Source of the DNA: Paragordius varius | Lineage: Eukaryota > Animalia > Nematomorpha | Reading direction: 5' to 3' | Length of the DNA: 64,000 nt | Assembly (NCBI GenBank): GCA_964247055.1 | Contig: OZ176055.1 | Coordinates: forward strand, 6,262,001 to 6,326,000 | In this document: positions 36,350 to 48,929 of the stretch, one piece after another | How the letters are laid out: every line of letters begins with the position of its first letter | Numbering within the stretch: position 1 is the stretch's first letter | Notes under the pieces: generated by a model | Told to the model about the DNA's origin: nothing | What the model saw: the letters and a program-made list of their open reading frames with translations, nothing else | Databases searched by the model: none | Made by a program: the position numbers and the translations under genes

Positions 36350-37742
36350 TTAATGATGATGGGCATATTTGTGATAATTTTTGTGAAAATGTTTTTTGTA
36401 TATGTGATAAGGGGAATATCGATAATGCTTAAATTTATGTTCATGATTTCCATACGCCTTATAGAGTGTGCCGAGGTAAGAATAAGAATCATGTGGATTA
36501 CCAAATTTGTGATTTTTATTGTTATAGGTGGAAAACCCACGTTTGCTGTGAAATCCAATAATGTTTCCATCTTTGGAGTATCCACCCTTAACTATCATAA
36601 CATAAATTATTTATATTAGTTAAAGAAAAAATTTATATTTATAGGGAAAAAATGGTAATAATAATAATTTATTATGCGACATATTTTGTCATATTTAAAA
36701 CACTAAATTTAGCTAATACGATATAAAAAGAAGCGTTTACATTAATTGTTGGATTGGCATTCTCATAATATAAACGCTGCTAATCAAACCTATGTAAATG
36801 GCACATTTTTATACCCAATTTTCAAAACACGTTCCTTATTAAAAACTTATTTTTTGTTTCAATATATGTTTGATACCATGTAGCCCGTGATAAAAGCCAA
36901 TCTTTTTTAGAAATCGGTAAAATTGATTGTCCCCACTGTATTGTTGTTGTCTTCGATAACCGTCTCTATCAGTATTGGCATGATTCTTTTTATAAGCACT
37001 GAAAAGGGAATTCATATATTCCAAACTATTGTCCTTACCATAACTGTAAATGACAAAATTATGATAAAATAATAAATTAAAGGTTCAGTAACCCTAATTA
37101 TAGATAGCAATCTCACAAAAACACTAATTTAAAAGTATTAAACATTTAAAATAAATTATTCAACCTTAAATTTTGTCAAAATTTGATGTCATTAAATAAT
37201 TTTATTATTAATTGATTAATTTCGTTTTTTACGTATTCTAATTTTAGTATGACTGGTTATACTATGATAAATATTTCATTTGAAAGGTAATTAAACCAAT
37301 TAATATTGTTTAATTGGTAAACCTTACCCTATATATATTCTGGTATCGGGCTCAAGATAGTAAATATACAAATTTATTCATATATAGTTATTAATCAAGA
37401 AATAAATCATATTAATCAAATAATAAGGGGATGATTTAAAAAAAAATTCTATAAAAAATCAATCACTAAAAAATTAAGGTTAGCACAGATTAAATATCTA
37501 AACGCGAACAAGGTCAATCATTATAAAATTTAAGTGAATGAAAGTGGTTTATTTTTAAGTTTTTTTTACTCATCATCCTCTTCAGGTGAATCGTAATGAG
37601 AATAATCTTCTTCATATTTATAACCATGTCCAAAATCCAAGCATTTAACTCTATGGTTCCGTGCAATGTAATTTATGAACAATAAAAATAAGGGTAGGAA
37701 TAATGTTAATTGTAAATAACCATATAAATATTTTTGATTCAT
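36350..37742 (-). CDS. Orphan secreted His/Tyr/Lys-rich protein (3 exons, ~193 aa)
   Basis: Exons 37742-37570, 37043-36877, 36591-36350; GT-AG introns of 526 and 285 nt (phases 2 and 1), frame continuous. Hydrophobic signal-like N-terminus, acidic Tyr block (YEEDYSHYDSPEEDDDY), and a C-terminus ending HYRYSPYHIYKKHFHKNYHKYAHHH. Confidence 0.75.
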
Positions 37743-38273
37743 ACTAAAAAAATCTCTGTTTAACAAAATTTGATGTTAAAAAAACTGGAAAAATATTTTT
37801 AAACTTTAACACACATTAACTTAATATAAGTAACTGAAAAAAATAAAAGTTTAGCTAAAAGGTTACATAGTTTTATAAAATCGCAAGTGTTTTTGACACT
37901 AAAAATTATTGTGTCATCATTGTTTAAAAAAAATAAGTTAGTTCATTGTTTTACTTTTGTTGAAAATTTTATTACCACGTTCCCATATATAAATATAACA
38001 CAGAAAATATAATTTAGTTATTTAAATAAATATTCACAATTTATTCACAAAATAATTTGGACATTATATCTATAATAAAATATTTTAAAATATTGCACTG
38101 ATATTATCACATCAATAATATATCTAAATAGTATTGTATTTAACAAAATAGGTTTGGAATGTTTCACAAATTTGGTTTATGATTATATATAAACATTATT
38201 GTAATTAAAATAAATAAATATAGAATGTTTGAAATTCGGCATATTATTGCAAAACAGGAAAGTGTATCTAACG

Positions 38274-40375
38274 TTATTTAAATGGGTTATCTGGTATAAA
38301 ATTATCGCTTATACATGGCTGTTTTGACAATATTTCTAAATTTTCATCTTTACCAAAAGAATTTGCTTGATTGACCACCAAAGAGTTACCGCCATCCTTT
38401 TCGGTGCTTTGGACATTAAGAAGTAATTTATCATAACGTTCCGCTAAATACTTTTTTCGCTGGAGTAATTCATCTAAACTTAATTTTTGTGTTGTATCAT
38501 CAACAAAATTATCATAATTTTGATGGTTATCAACAAGCGAAGGTAGTTTTCGATACCCACTACCACCATCAATTTTATTCGAATCAACCGTACTCTTAGG
38601 TGATATATGAATATGTAAAATATCATTCCTATTTTCAATGTTTGTGTCAACGCTGTATTCATTATTATATGTATTTTTAGGTAAAACATTTGGTCCTGGA
38701 ATGTCATCCATGGAATTATCAAGAGAGACTGAAGGTGATTCTGTTGTATTGTTAGTATAAGGCCCAAATTGGCGGCTCTAAAATATAAGTCAATCAATAT
38801 TTCAGTTATTGAAGACGAATAATTAGAGATGTACAGTATGCATATTTTTGTGGCTTATTCACATTATTGTTTGATCAAGTGGGTTATAAACTGAGTTTGT
38901 CCAGAAATAAAAAACAAATTTATGTTGTTAAATAAAGAAAAATTGTTTCTTTTTACCATTTTTATGTCTTTTGCCATACACTACTGTGTTGCCAATTGCA
39001 ATAATGTGAGTAAGCCAGCATAAAAATTCAATACTATATGAAACAGTATCAATTTATTAAATTATTTATAAAACTGAATTGTTTATGCCTAAAACATTGA
39101 CCATTATCTTAGTATCTTGTTAATTGACTCTATGCCGGAGTAAAAAAACTCAAGTAATTTCATAGCTCAATTGTTTTTTTGGATGATAAATTTAAAGTCA
39201 CCATTTTTGTGGCTAAAAAATCGGATCCTTGCGTAACTCAAAAAGTGGGAGGAAATTAGAATTATATAAAATGTATTTTATGGCTTTACATATATAAATT
39301 TGATTTGCATGGGCCGTAGTAATAATAAACACGTTTTTTTAGTAACGTTACTGTTCGAAAAAGTATAATAGAGTGTTATTTTGGCTTATGTAAAAATTAG
39401 ACCAAAAAATAAAATATTGAGAATATGCTGTGTATTATGCGAGATTGTTTCAAAAACGTATCCTTGACTATATATTACGCAATTTATAATGAAAAAAAGT
39501 CATTTTTTTAACTTTACTAAAATTTCTACTAACTTAAGAATAAAAAAAATTTTGCGAAAATTATATTTTAGGAATAATTCGGTATTATCAACACTAAAAA
39601 ATTTACATACTATTAATCAAATATTTAAAATGGATTATCTGATTTAGGTTTATTGAGTCATTTAATTTTAATATGTAAACATATTGAATCATATACTTTT
39701 TCGGTTAAAATGGGTGAATCTTCAAACTTGATTTCATTTTTCGAAATACTTATAGCCTATGATTTATAATTTTATTAACCTTTTCCAATAGTTTTTGTTC
39801 GACTTTATACCGTTTTTGCAAAATTTGATATTCAGTTTTTGAGAGTTTTTTAACCTTTTCAATATCGTTTTCAAACGCTTCCATCTCGGTTTTATTTTGT
39901 ATTTCAAAAGCCTCCTTAGATAATCTACTTTTATTAAATATATACTTGAGTGCTTGTTTGAAATCTGAATCATTATCATAATCGGTGCAATGTAAAATGG
40001 GGGTAAATTTTTGTAAATTATTGGTTATATATTTAAAAATAGCAATATCGTAGATGGCAAAGATTGGTAATATAATACTCTATAAAATTATTGGCTAAAA
40101 ACCTCAAAACTTGCATTTATTTTATTTTTCGATAACATGAGATTCATAATTTTATCCCTTTCTATTTCTTGTTCGGCTAGAAAATCATTCATGATTGGTT
40201 CAAACTACCAAAATATATTAATTAAAACCTTCTCCTTATAAAATATATGATATGCAAGGATGTAGTCGTCATCAGGTATCGATTTGTAATTTGTAAAAAA
40301 ATTAAAAATTTCAGTTTTCCATAATGAAGTATTGGCAAATGACACCAAGGATTCTATCAGCCAATCCTCTTCCAT
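38274..40375 (-). CDS. CFAP36: Diverged cilia- and flagella-associated protein 36 (BART-domain, CCDC104) (4 exons, ~350 aa)
   Basis: Exons 40375-40229, 40204-40103, 40079-39780, 38777-38274. N-terminus MEEDWLIESLVSFANTSLWKTEIFNFF resembles CFAP36 [37 protein letters not shown] resembles ILQPVLAAEDFTIF; C-terminal DELLQRKKYLAERYDKLL resembles the QREEYLRQQRDKL motif. Length is similar to the known protein. Confidence 0.72.
40080..40102 (-). other. 23-nt micro-intron (CFAP36 intron 2)
   Basis: gtttttagccaataattttatag; phase 0; retention gives an in-frame TAA; removal opens a further 100-codon exon. Confidence 0.8.
40205..40228 (-). other. 24-nt micro-intron (CFAP36 intron 1)
   Basis: gttttaattaatatattttggtag; length is 3n but it ends in an in-frame TAG, so it must be spliced. 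Joins YKEK|FEPIMNDFL. Confidence 0.8.
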
Positions 40376-41376
40376 AAAAAGTTGTCATAATAGTCAAGAA
40401 ATATCCATATGTAAAAAAGAATATGTGATAACCACAGTGTAGGGTATCAAAATATTCGCTTTTACAATATTAAATTCGGATAACCTATATTAAAAACTTA
40501 TCACAACATATTTCCATCTTCATATAAATGGGGAGCTGGAGACAGATATTTTGTAAGATTTATTTCCTAGAATTTGCTGATTTAATTGTTTTATTAATCT
40601 TTTAATGCTCTTATAGCTAGGTGTTTAACGCTTATGACATATTCACTTTTTGTCCGCAATGAGTGGGGGATTTTATATACCAAAGGATATTCTCGAAAGA
40701 AAAATATGGTTTCGAAAGTTATTTTAGTGATAATTTAGTTATCAAACATTGTTGTGTTGTATTGGATAAAAAAGCTTAAATTTTTTACAGTTCTGTAATG
40801 TATAGAATATAGGGGCAGTTTAAAACATAATTGAAAAAAAGGATGATTTTAAATATTAAGTATTGTTGGTAAAATGTAACCTGAGGCTTAGTAAAGTTAA
40901 CTATTTACATCTTCTTACTATAATATACATTTAGCACTGTTTATTGGCAAAAAATTTACAAATAAAGGGGGGGGGGGGAAACGTTTAAGATAGAGTATAA
41001 TCATCTTTTAAATATTTTTATATTGTGCGCCTAAAAGACTCTAATATGTTGATTTAAGATATTTAAATTTCAAATCGCTCTGGAGTATAACCTCCAAAAA
41101 ATCTATAGGGCTTAGAGTCAGACTTGGTGCCTAATATCTTAGCTGAGACGGGGTATCATTTGCTTAAAACCACCCAGATTCCGTTTTCCAAAATTTAAAA
41201 AAATAACCGGTTCCATTTTAAATAATTCGTGAACTAACTCAATTCGGCTTCAACCGTCTTACTCGTATTGCTTAAGTCCAAGTATGTGGCCCCCATATGT
41301 TTTAAAAAAGGTGATAAGAGCAAGGTATTTAAGGGTTTCCTTATCGAGAATGAATTTGAATTGCAAATGGTATATA

Positions 41377-42818
41377 TCTATATATTAATAAAAATGGAAT
41401 TGGTGGCTTTGTGATCTGTTTCCGGAAAACTGGTACACTCATTCAAATCCAAATGTCGAAAAAATATAATCATTAATGAATACCCCGACAATAGCTTCGC
41501 CCTTTTTTTAATTAAGTCCCCAGGTCGGGCCCACCCCGTGTAAAAAGCGGGTTGTTGTTGAAAACAAAAGTTCACAAAAATCGTGTCTTTGAAACAATTT
41601 TCCGGGGAGCGCGTTGGACCATTCAATTTCGAAAACATGATTTTTGTTTACTTATTTTGATTGCGCCGAACATAGTCGGCTCGCTTTTTATATTTAGGCC
41701 CTCTTTTTACCCGCTCCTCCTGTAAAATGACATTTTTACAAAAAAAAAATCCACAAAATAATTTTTTCAATCTATTTTTCGCCCAAGGTCGTAAAAATTC
41801 GATAAGGATTCCAGGTATTCCCTGTTAAAAGGTAAAAACTTTAGTCGTGCGTTTCTTTTATATTGGGTGCCGGCTAAGGAGCTACCCGAAACTGATCCGT
41901 CATATCGAAATAGTTTGCATTTGGAGCTAAATTTCAGAAAACCTATCAGGCCTTATGATAGCAGCTTAAAATATTACCCGTAACAAGTTAAAAATTTAGA
42001 TCGTGCGGTTTTTAAAAAGCGTTAATTAGGCACTTTACGCTCTAAAAAATGCGCTATCCTTGAACTATTATTTAGTTTTAAAGCTATTCTTCCATAAACT
42101 AATAGAGCATATAAATCAATCATGATTCCAGGTATTCCCATATAAAGGTAAAAAATATTATCGAACGTCTTTTTTATATGGGCCTCTGGATAGGGGGCTA
42201 CCCGCGTAAAAATGCCTTACTATATCGATACAGCATGCCTTTGGAGCCAAATTTCAGAAAACCAATAGGAGTATGTGAGTTCAATAAGGGCCTAAAATAT
42301 TTATTATCTCTTACAAATATTTTATTATAGGGGATTATTTCGATGAGTCGTTAAGAAAAGTTTTACGCCCTGAAAAATTCGCCTCCATAGAACAATTTTT
42401 TAGTTTTGAGGCAATATTTTCGAGAACTTATAGGAACTGGACATTATAATTTCAGATATTCGCCATATTAAAACAAAAATTTTGCCCGAAGCTTTTTTAT
42501 ACCTGCCTCTGGGTAAGAAGCTACCCGCCAAAAACTGCGCTACTATATAGAAATCGCGTTGTTTTGGAATTAATTTAAAGAAAAGTTATGCTATATGAGC
42601 TCATTTAAAGTTCGAAATATTACCCATAACTGGGTAAAAATTAAGGTCCAGCCTTTTTTATTAGCCGTTAATTTGGGGCCATTATGCCCTTAAAATACGC
42701 CATCATATAACGATTATTTAGTGTTGAGGTATATTGATCCCTTTTTTCAAATCCCCCCCCCCCAAAAAAAGTCCCAAGGACTTCCTCGGGTTGCGTAGCA
42801 GTACTAAATTTACGCTAG
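41377..42818 (+). mobile_element. Full-length non-autonomous Helitron (1442 bp), same family as 9649-11373
   Basis: A|TCTATATATTAATAAAAATGG start; end ...poly-C, AAGTCC-CAA-GGACTT hairpin, GTTGCGTAGCAG, TTTACGCTAG|T followed by (TA)n. Contains about three diverged ~300-bp internal subrepeats (e.g. GATTCCAGGTATTCCC at ~41807 and ~42124). Confidence 0.85.
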
Positions 42819-44374
42819 TATATATATATATATATATAAATATATATATATATGCGCCATAGAAGATTATAACGATTTCTTTTGTGATACTTTTCTTTGT
42901 CTATTATTCAATTTATTTATTTGTCACACATTAATTTCAATTTAATTTATTTTTGTTTTACATTATTTAAAGTATATTTTTTTTCCTGATGATGCCATTG
43001 GGCGAAAATTTGAATTTTTAATAAATTTATTTTTATTTCCTACATTATTCACGACGTTCATACGAATCCAACAAAAAATAATAATTATTAAAGATTTTAT
43101 ATAAGCATATTAGTTTGACCACGGATTCGCTTGCAAAAATTTTAGTGGTTGAAATGTTTCGCTAATATTGGTTATGATTAATTCTCAAAAATGTGAGAAT
43201 CTTTTTGTGGAAACATGATTCATTATTTTTATACTTTAATAATACATTAAACTATTGTATCTAAAAAATTATATATATGATTAAAAATTTTGTTTTTATT
43301 TCTAGTATAATAATGTTTTATGAAAATCGTTCATAAAAAGTCAGGAATGAACTTAGCATCGGTTAAAAATGTCAAGCCGGCTCCAAAGCTATTAAATTGG
43401 CCATCCTGGTTCAAAGTTTAAAAAAACTTCTCGTTCCACTTTTTTTCGGCTAAGCCCGGGTAAAAACACGTTGCTTTATAAAAAGGTTTTAGTGATTTCA
43501 ATTTCTAAATCTAAAATTTATATATATATATATATATATATATAATTCAATTAATGTTAAGGCAGAAATTTATAATGGGTTCACTATTTAATAGTTTCAA
43601 TCTAGATTTGGCCCAAAGAAACCAGTTGTATGAATTAGGATCAAAATGATTAATTTTTTAGCGAGATTTAATATAAACAATTTTTTACAATTATTATATT
43701 CTTTTTTAAGTTGATGTAAAATATATTTTCCAATAACCTTTTGGGTTTACATGTTAATAGGTAATAAAGACCGGTGCCTTATTTTATAACCATTATGATG
43801 GAATAGAATTTATTTGTAACGTTTAATATTGATTATAATAAAATTATTTAGCAAATGGTCTCTAAATATGGATGGTACACCATAATTTGAGGCTGCCACA
43901 ACGATATTCTACGCATATCACTTACTCTTAATTATATTAAAAACTATTCAGTTATTAGAAAGCATCTAGTAATTTTATCACAAAATACCTTCTGAGAATA
44001 GTTAATATCATAATTTGGTAAAAAAGATGCACACAGCGTATAAAATTCGTTTTTAAAAATATATGATCCATGTATGGTTAAGATGGAGAAAAATTATTTT
44101 TATCAAATAAAACATAACTTAATGATGTTTTCTTTCTCGTTTACATATGATTTATATAGTTTAAAGCCTACCGCTATAAATATTAACATTAACAGAAAAA
44201 AAAATTTAAAATTTTTTACGGTAAATGTGAATTCAATACTGTTTTTGAACCATAAAGTATAAAATATTATATCATTCAAGTGAGATCATTAATTTATTGG
44301 AAAAGCATTATCATAATATTTGAATGGTTGTAAATAAATGCGGTATAAGGCTAAAAAATATTTTGTAAGAGATC

Positions 44375-45103
44375 CTAGGCAACATAAGGGCTTGTGTACT
44401 GTTTAGCCAATACTGTTTTTAACACATTCGTGTACGTATAATCAGTCAGCGTATTGAATTGTAATTCAATGTACACGCCAGACAGGCATTTCAGTAGGGC
44501 ACTTTTACTCGCTATGTAAAACATTTTGTCTCTCATGCTAGCCTCAGGCGACATCCAAAGGAAAAAAATAAGTTTACTTGAAGTTTGATTCGTAGTTGGA
44601 TTAAGATAGGTGAAATCGGTTAACACGTATCTACACTGCCCGGCATCTGATATATGAATAAGCTCTTGCCAAAGTGTTTCGTGCGAAGTTTGATCATCAA
44701 ATATTTTTTCTACTTGAATATGCGTTACACATTTATCCGTATTCGCCTTTCCTGGTTCACTATCCATAGCATTTTGATCATTTACCACATTAAATATGAT
44801 ACTTTTAATCTGTTTCTCCATTTTCAGGGTTTGAAAGGTGTTCAAACAATCCTCATGCAAAGAAATACTATGTGAACTTGTCTTACTAATCGAATTTGTA
44901 AGATGACCTTTACCTCTTTTGTCTTTCAATAAGTCATGAAACTTACTTTTACTAACTTTCATATCATAATTATCCAAGGCTTGGTGTGATGTACTTTGGG
45001 AGCCAATTTTAACATCCAGGTATGATCCTTTGGTTGAAGCTAAGCAATCATTGGTACTATTATCATATCTAAATGAATGAGTATTTGCTGTGATGTAAGG
45101 CAT
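44375..45103 (-). CDS. Intronless ADF/cofilin-family protein with ~75-aa N-terminal extension (242 aa from first ATG)
   Basis: ADF-H motifs: SISLHEDCLNTFQTLK, IIFNV, CRYVLTDF, KLIFFLWMSPEASMRDKMFYIASKSAL. First ATG at 45103; the ORF-track start at 45151 is TTG in a T-rich tract. Confidence 0.85.
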   Translation of the reverse strand: MPYITANTHSFRYDNSTNDCLASTKGSYLDVKIGSQSTSHQALDNYDMKVSKSKFHDLLKDKRGKGHLTNSISKTSSHSISLHEDCLNTFQTLKMEKQIKSIIFNVVNDQNAMDSEPGKANTDKCVTHIQVEKIFDDQTSHETLWQELIHISDAGQCRYVLTDFTYLNPTTNQTSSKLIFFLWMSPEASMRDKMFYIASKSALLKCLSGVYIELQFNTLTDYTYTNVLKTVLAKQYTSPYVA

Positions 45104-46399
45104 GGTTTTTGAAGCATAAAAATAAAAAAGTAAAAATAAAAAAAAATTCAAATCATATCGTTTAAGAATGTGTTTAAGGTTAAAATAAACTAAGTTCTAA
45201 ATTATTATAAGCTATATCATTTAATTATAAATTAAATGGCAAGTAATTTTATGAAGTTTATATATATCTATGTCATTACCACCCAGCTTAATTCCGATGA
45301 AAAATTATAAATCAATAAAAAATATTTAGGTTAAAAATTCACTTTTAATTTGATAATTAAATTAACTAAGGAGGAAAAAATTTTGCTTACAATAACTAAT
45401 CCATAAAATATCATATCCATAATGCATATCTTTAAAAAAATAAAAATTTATATAGAGTTAACAATTTATATTCAAATATAGCGCTTTACATCAGTTTATG
45501 CACGGCTTTAAAATATTGCTCTTTTTAGAATAATTCATATATTTGCAAAAATGATAATTTTCCAAGACTAAGGTATTCCGAAATACCAATCAAAAGAATT
45601 AAGAATTTAATCTTTTTACTAGCATTGTGAGTAATGTTAATAATGGCACTAAATGTTAACCTAATAGAAATATTGATAAAAAAAATAAAAATATCTTTTA
45701 TAAATGCCATAAATCTAAAAATGATTAATATATAAATACGTTTTGCCATGTTACTATTGCGGAAGGATTTCAAGTAATTTTGTTTTAATGAATTAAAGAA
45801 AGTATATTACTTTTTATATATAGTGAACATTAAAAATTTATTTCACAAAATTATATTTAAATAATATACAAAAATCCGTTTAAGTAACGCCCAGTAATTG
45901 TGAGAAAAATAGCGATATTTCTGGGAGACTAAAAAACCTAAACAGTTACAGTTCAAAAATAGTATAGGTCTGGGTTTTTGGTGAAATATTTACATTTCTG
46001 ATAAATCTATAAAAGTATATTTTTGGAATAGTTAGACGGATATTCATCAATAAACCTGTCAAGCGTTGTTTAAGGCAGAAAATTATAATTTAAAACCAGG
46101 TTGTCACTGTATAATAAAATTATTATACACTATAAAATTAAATAAGGTAGAGCTTGCTTCTGCGCAAGCATATTATTTATGTAATTGTAATTTAATTTTA
46201 TTAAGGGTATTTAAACGTTTTGTAATTGGCTATGCAATTTCAATTTCATTAGTAGCCATCTATCTATTTGCATATACCAGCTCCAGTCATAATTAGTTAT
46301 CAGTTTAACCAAGAAAAAGCAAGAAAAATGCAGCCGATTAACTTCACGCCATTTCGCTCACATAACAGACGAAAACATATATGGTGATTCTGTCAAAAC

Positions 46400-47250
46400 T
46401 AGCGTCTTACTTATTGTTAAATTTGTTGAAACCTGTGCCTGAAAAAGAACACTTGCTGCCATTGCCATCAGAAGAAAAAGGCTGTCGAAAATTGGTTGGT
46501 AGAAACATATGGAAAACATGTTCAATTAATTAAAATGTGCATGTTTTGAAAAATTAAAAGGTTGTCTTTTTCGAGGCTCTCTGGTAGACGAGAGTGATTA
46601 TCCGACTTCAATCAAGGAATTGGCAGGAGCATTACATGTATCACGAAAAACAATTGGTATACGTCCACGCGCATTGGGAAAGTTTAATAAACTCTGTAAA
46701 TGGGTAACACACACAATTTGAATGAACGTCGAATCAAAAATTGGAAAGGGTCCTGAGAAACCCAAAGGAAATTATTTTGCATAGAATTGTTACGGGTGAC
46801 AAGAAGTGGCTTTACTCAGTCAATTCAAAACGGAAAAAAAACGCCCCTTTCCCTTCCCAAGCCGATCTATCAACATCAAGACCAAATTCCTTCGTCAAGA
46901 TTATGTTTCATTTCTGGTGGGACCAGATCGGTATTGTATATCATAAACTTTTGAAGGAAATCATACATTAATGGAAAAACGACCAAAAAGTCCAGATGAC
47001 ATAGCAAAATGATTTTGCTACAAGACAATGCTACGACCGCAAAAACAGTGAAAAACAATTAATAATCTTTGATATAGAATCCGCACTGAACTCCGTTCAC
47101 TAGCCATCTGACTATTATCTCTTCTCTCAATAAGGCACCTCAGAGTGCAACGCTTGAATATTTCACTTTGGAAAATGACTTAACGAATGGATGTTCAAAA
47201 AATAAAATCGGTTTTTCTAGCAACGTGGAAGCCGATGAATGATACTTTAT
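46400..47250 (+). mobile_element. Degenerate mariner transposon relic
   Basis: Fragments PTSIKELAGALHVSRKTI (HTH-like), LHRIVTGDKKWLY, FWWDQIGIVYHKLL and LLQDNATTAK (LHDNA-like), with frameshifts. TIRs not established. Confidence 0.8.
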
Positions 47251-48929
47251 ATAATATACAAAAAACAGGTAAGACTCATGACTTCAACTAGTAAATAAAC
47301 ACTGTATAGCCTTTTAAGCGTGTTATTCAAAAAATTCATTGTAAATTTGTCCCTATATTTACGTTTTTATAATCGCTATTAAAATTTGGTATATTATTTA
47401 AAGGTTTTTTAGTGGAATTCAAATATTTTATTATAAATTATCAGATATTTTTATAGTAATTTTAATATAATCTTTTATATGGATTATGAAAGAATTTAAG
47501 TTTTGACGATAGAAGTTACAAAATGTTGCTTTTTTGACAGAGAATTAACCTAATATATTTTTAATACGTCTAAAAAGTATGTATTTTAACATAAATCTTA
47601 TGCAAGTGCTAACGCACAATACCGGTAAAATATTATTTTATCTATTATAAAGCGTATGATTTTTTTTGAAATTTAATTTTAGGAGTCCTCAAAATATAAT
47701 CATAAAAATGCCGAAATAAAACTGGATTTGTATTTTTAGCCCAAGATATAATATTGGAGGTTTAAAAATTCAGGACCATGATTTAATAAATTTTTTTACG
47801 CTTTTTTTTTATAAAAAAGGCCCTGACCATGATGTCATTTATAAAAAAAAAATTATATCATAATGGGACATCCATTGCGTTTCCGGGAATCGATACAATA
47901 TATAAAATATGTTAAGGGTCTCTTAAGGAGCAATAAAGCCTAAACTCATAAGCATCATGGAACATGGCATAAAATAAATAATTCATTGATGTATAAAATA
48001 CATTTTATTATTTTTTTTAAATCTATATAATTATAAAAATGAGTAAACAATATATCAGTACGAATGCACCGTTTTGAAATTCCTATGAGATCATAGCTAT
48101 TAAATAATGTTTGGAAATAATTCATATATGTGGATCATTTTATTGTCCCTTTGAGATTTACGCTAGTAACCTATATATATATAGAGGATGCAGATTAAGA
48201 ATATGCGCATACCTAAATAAAAAGCAGTTATGTCTAAATGAAACAAACCAATATTTCTATGATTATATAGATAAGTGATACTCAAATGGCGGCTCTAAAA
48301 GGCGTCCTGATTTAAATCTTTTTGATTGCTTAAAAATATGACCAATATTTATTTTTTTAAAAAAATTCCGTGTTTTTCGCAATAAGACAATTTTATTATA
48401 TGAAAAAGATTTCCTGCTGTTTTCTTTGATACTTATACTATCGATAATGTTATAGGAAATTAAAGGAATTCGCAGAGGATAAGGTTTTTGGCAAGATGTG
48501 CCAAATATATATTTAATAATAAAATAGTTATAGTATGTTAAAAGACAAAGGGATTATAGATTGGTTTGATAATTAGATTTGTCAATAAATAGCGGTTTAT
48601 ATTAAATTATGTCCATTTTACAAAGATTATATGATCAAAATATTAGTATATAACCCGCAAAAATCTAGGTGTACTAATTTACCTTATGGGTATACCAGGA
48701 TTAAAGTAATACAGTATTTGTCGGTATTATACTGTGGCCTTTAAGGCAAAAAACTTATTAAATCCGTTAAATTGGGTGAGTATCATTGATATAGATTTTA
48801 ATGACATAATATAGAAAAAAACATATATTCGGTATATAATAATAAAATAATCTAAATTCCGATTACGATTTCTTCAATTTTATTTGTAAACAAAATATTA
48901 ATAATATGATATATAAGAGTAAAATAATA

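Noticed and set aside
36325-36619. Overlapping ORFs in other frames and on the opposite strand (86 and 88 aa) at the His-rich exon
   Set aside because: They are shadows of the biased CAT/TAT/AAA codon usage of the real exon.
38852-39016. 18-bp inverted repeat (GGCTTA(T/C)TCACATTATTG) as a MITE
   Set aside because: No TSD and no second copy in the window; left unclassified.
45104-45151. Apparent signal peptide (MNFFLFLLFYFY) on the cofilin ORF
   Set aside because: The start is TTG and the hydrophobic residues come from a T-rich upstream tract. The first ATG is at 45103, so a secreted cofilin is not supported.
48150-48170. GAGATTTACGCTAGT resembling the Helitron 3' end
   Set aside because: No hairpin or matching 5' terminus was found upstream; at most an eroded remnant.
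48280-48335. RPDLNLFD, similar to the Tc1/maT SPDLNP motif
   Set aside because: A single short motif with adjacent stops; too little to call an element.
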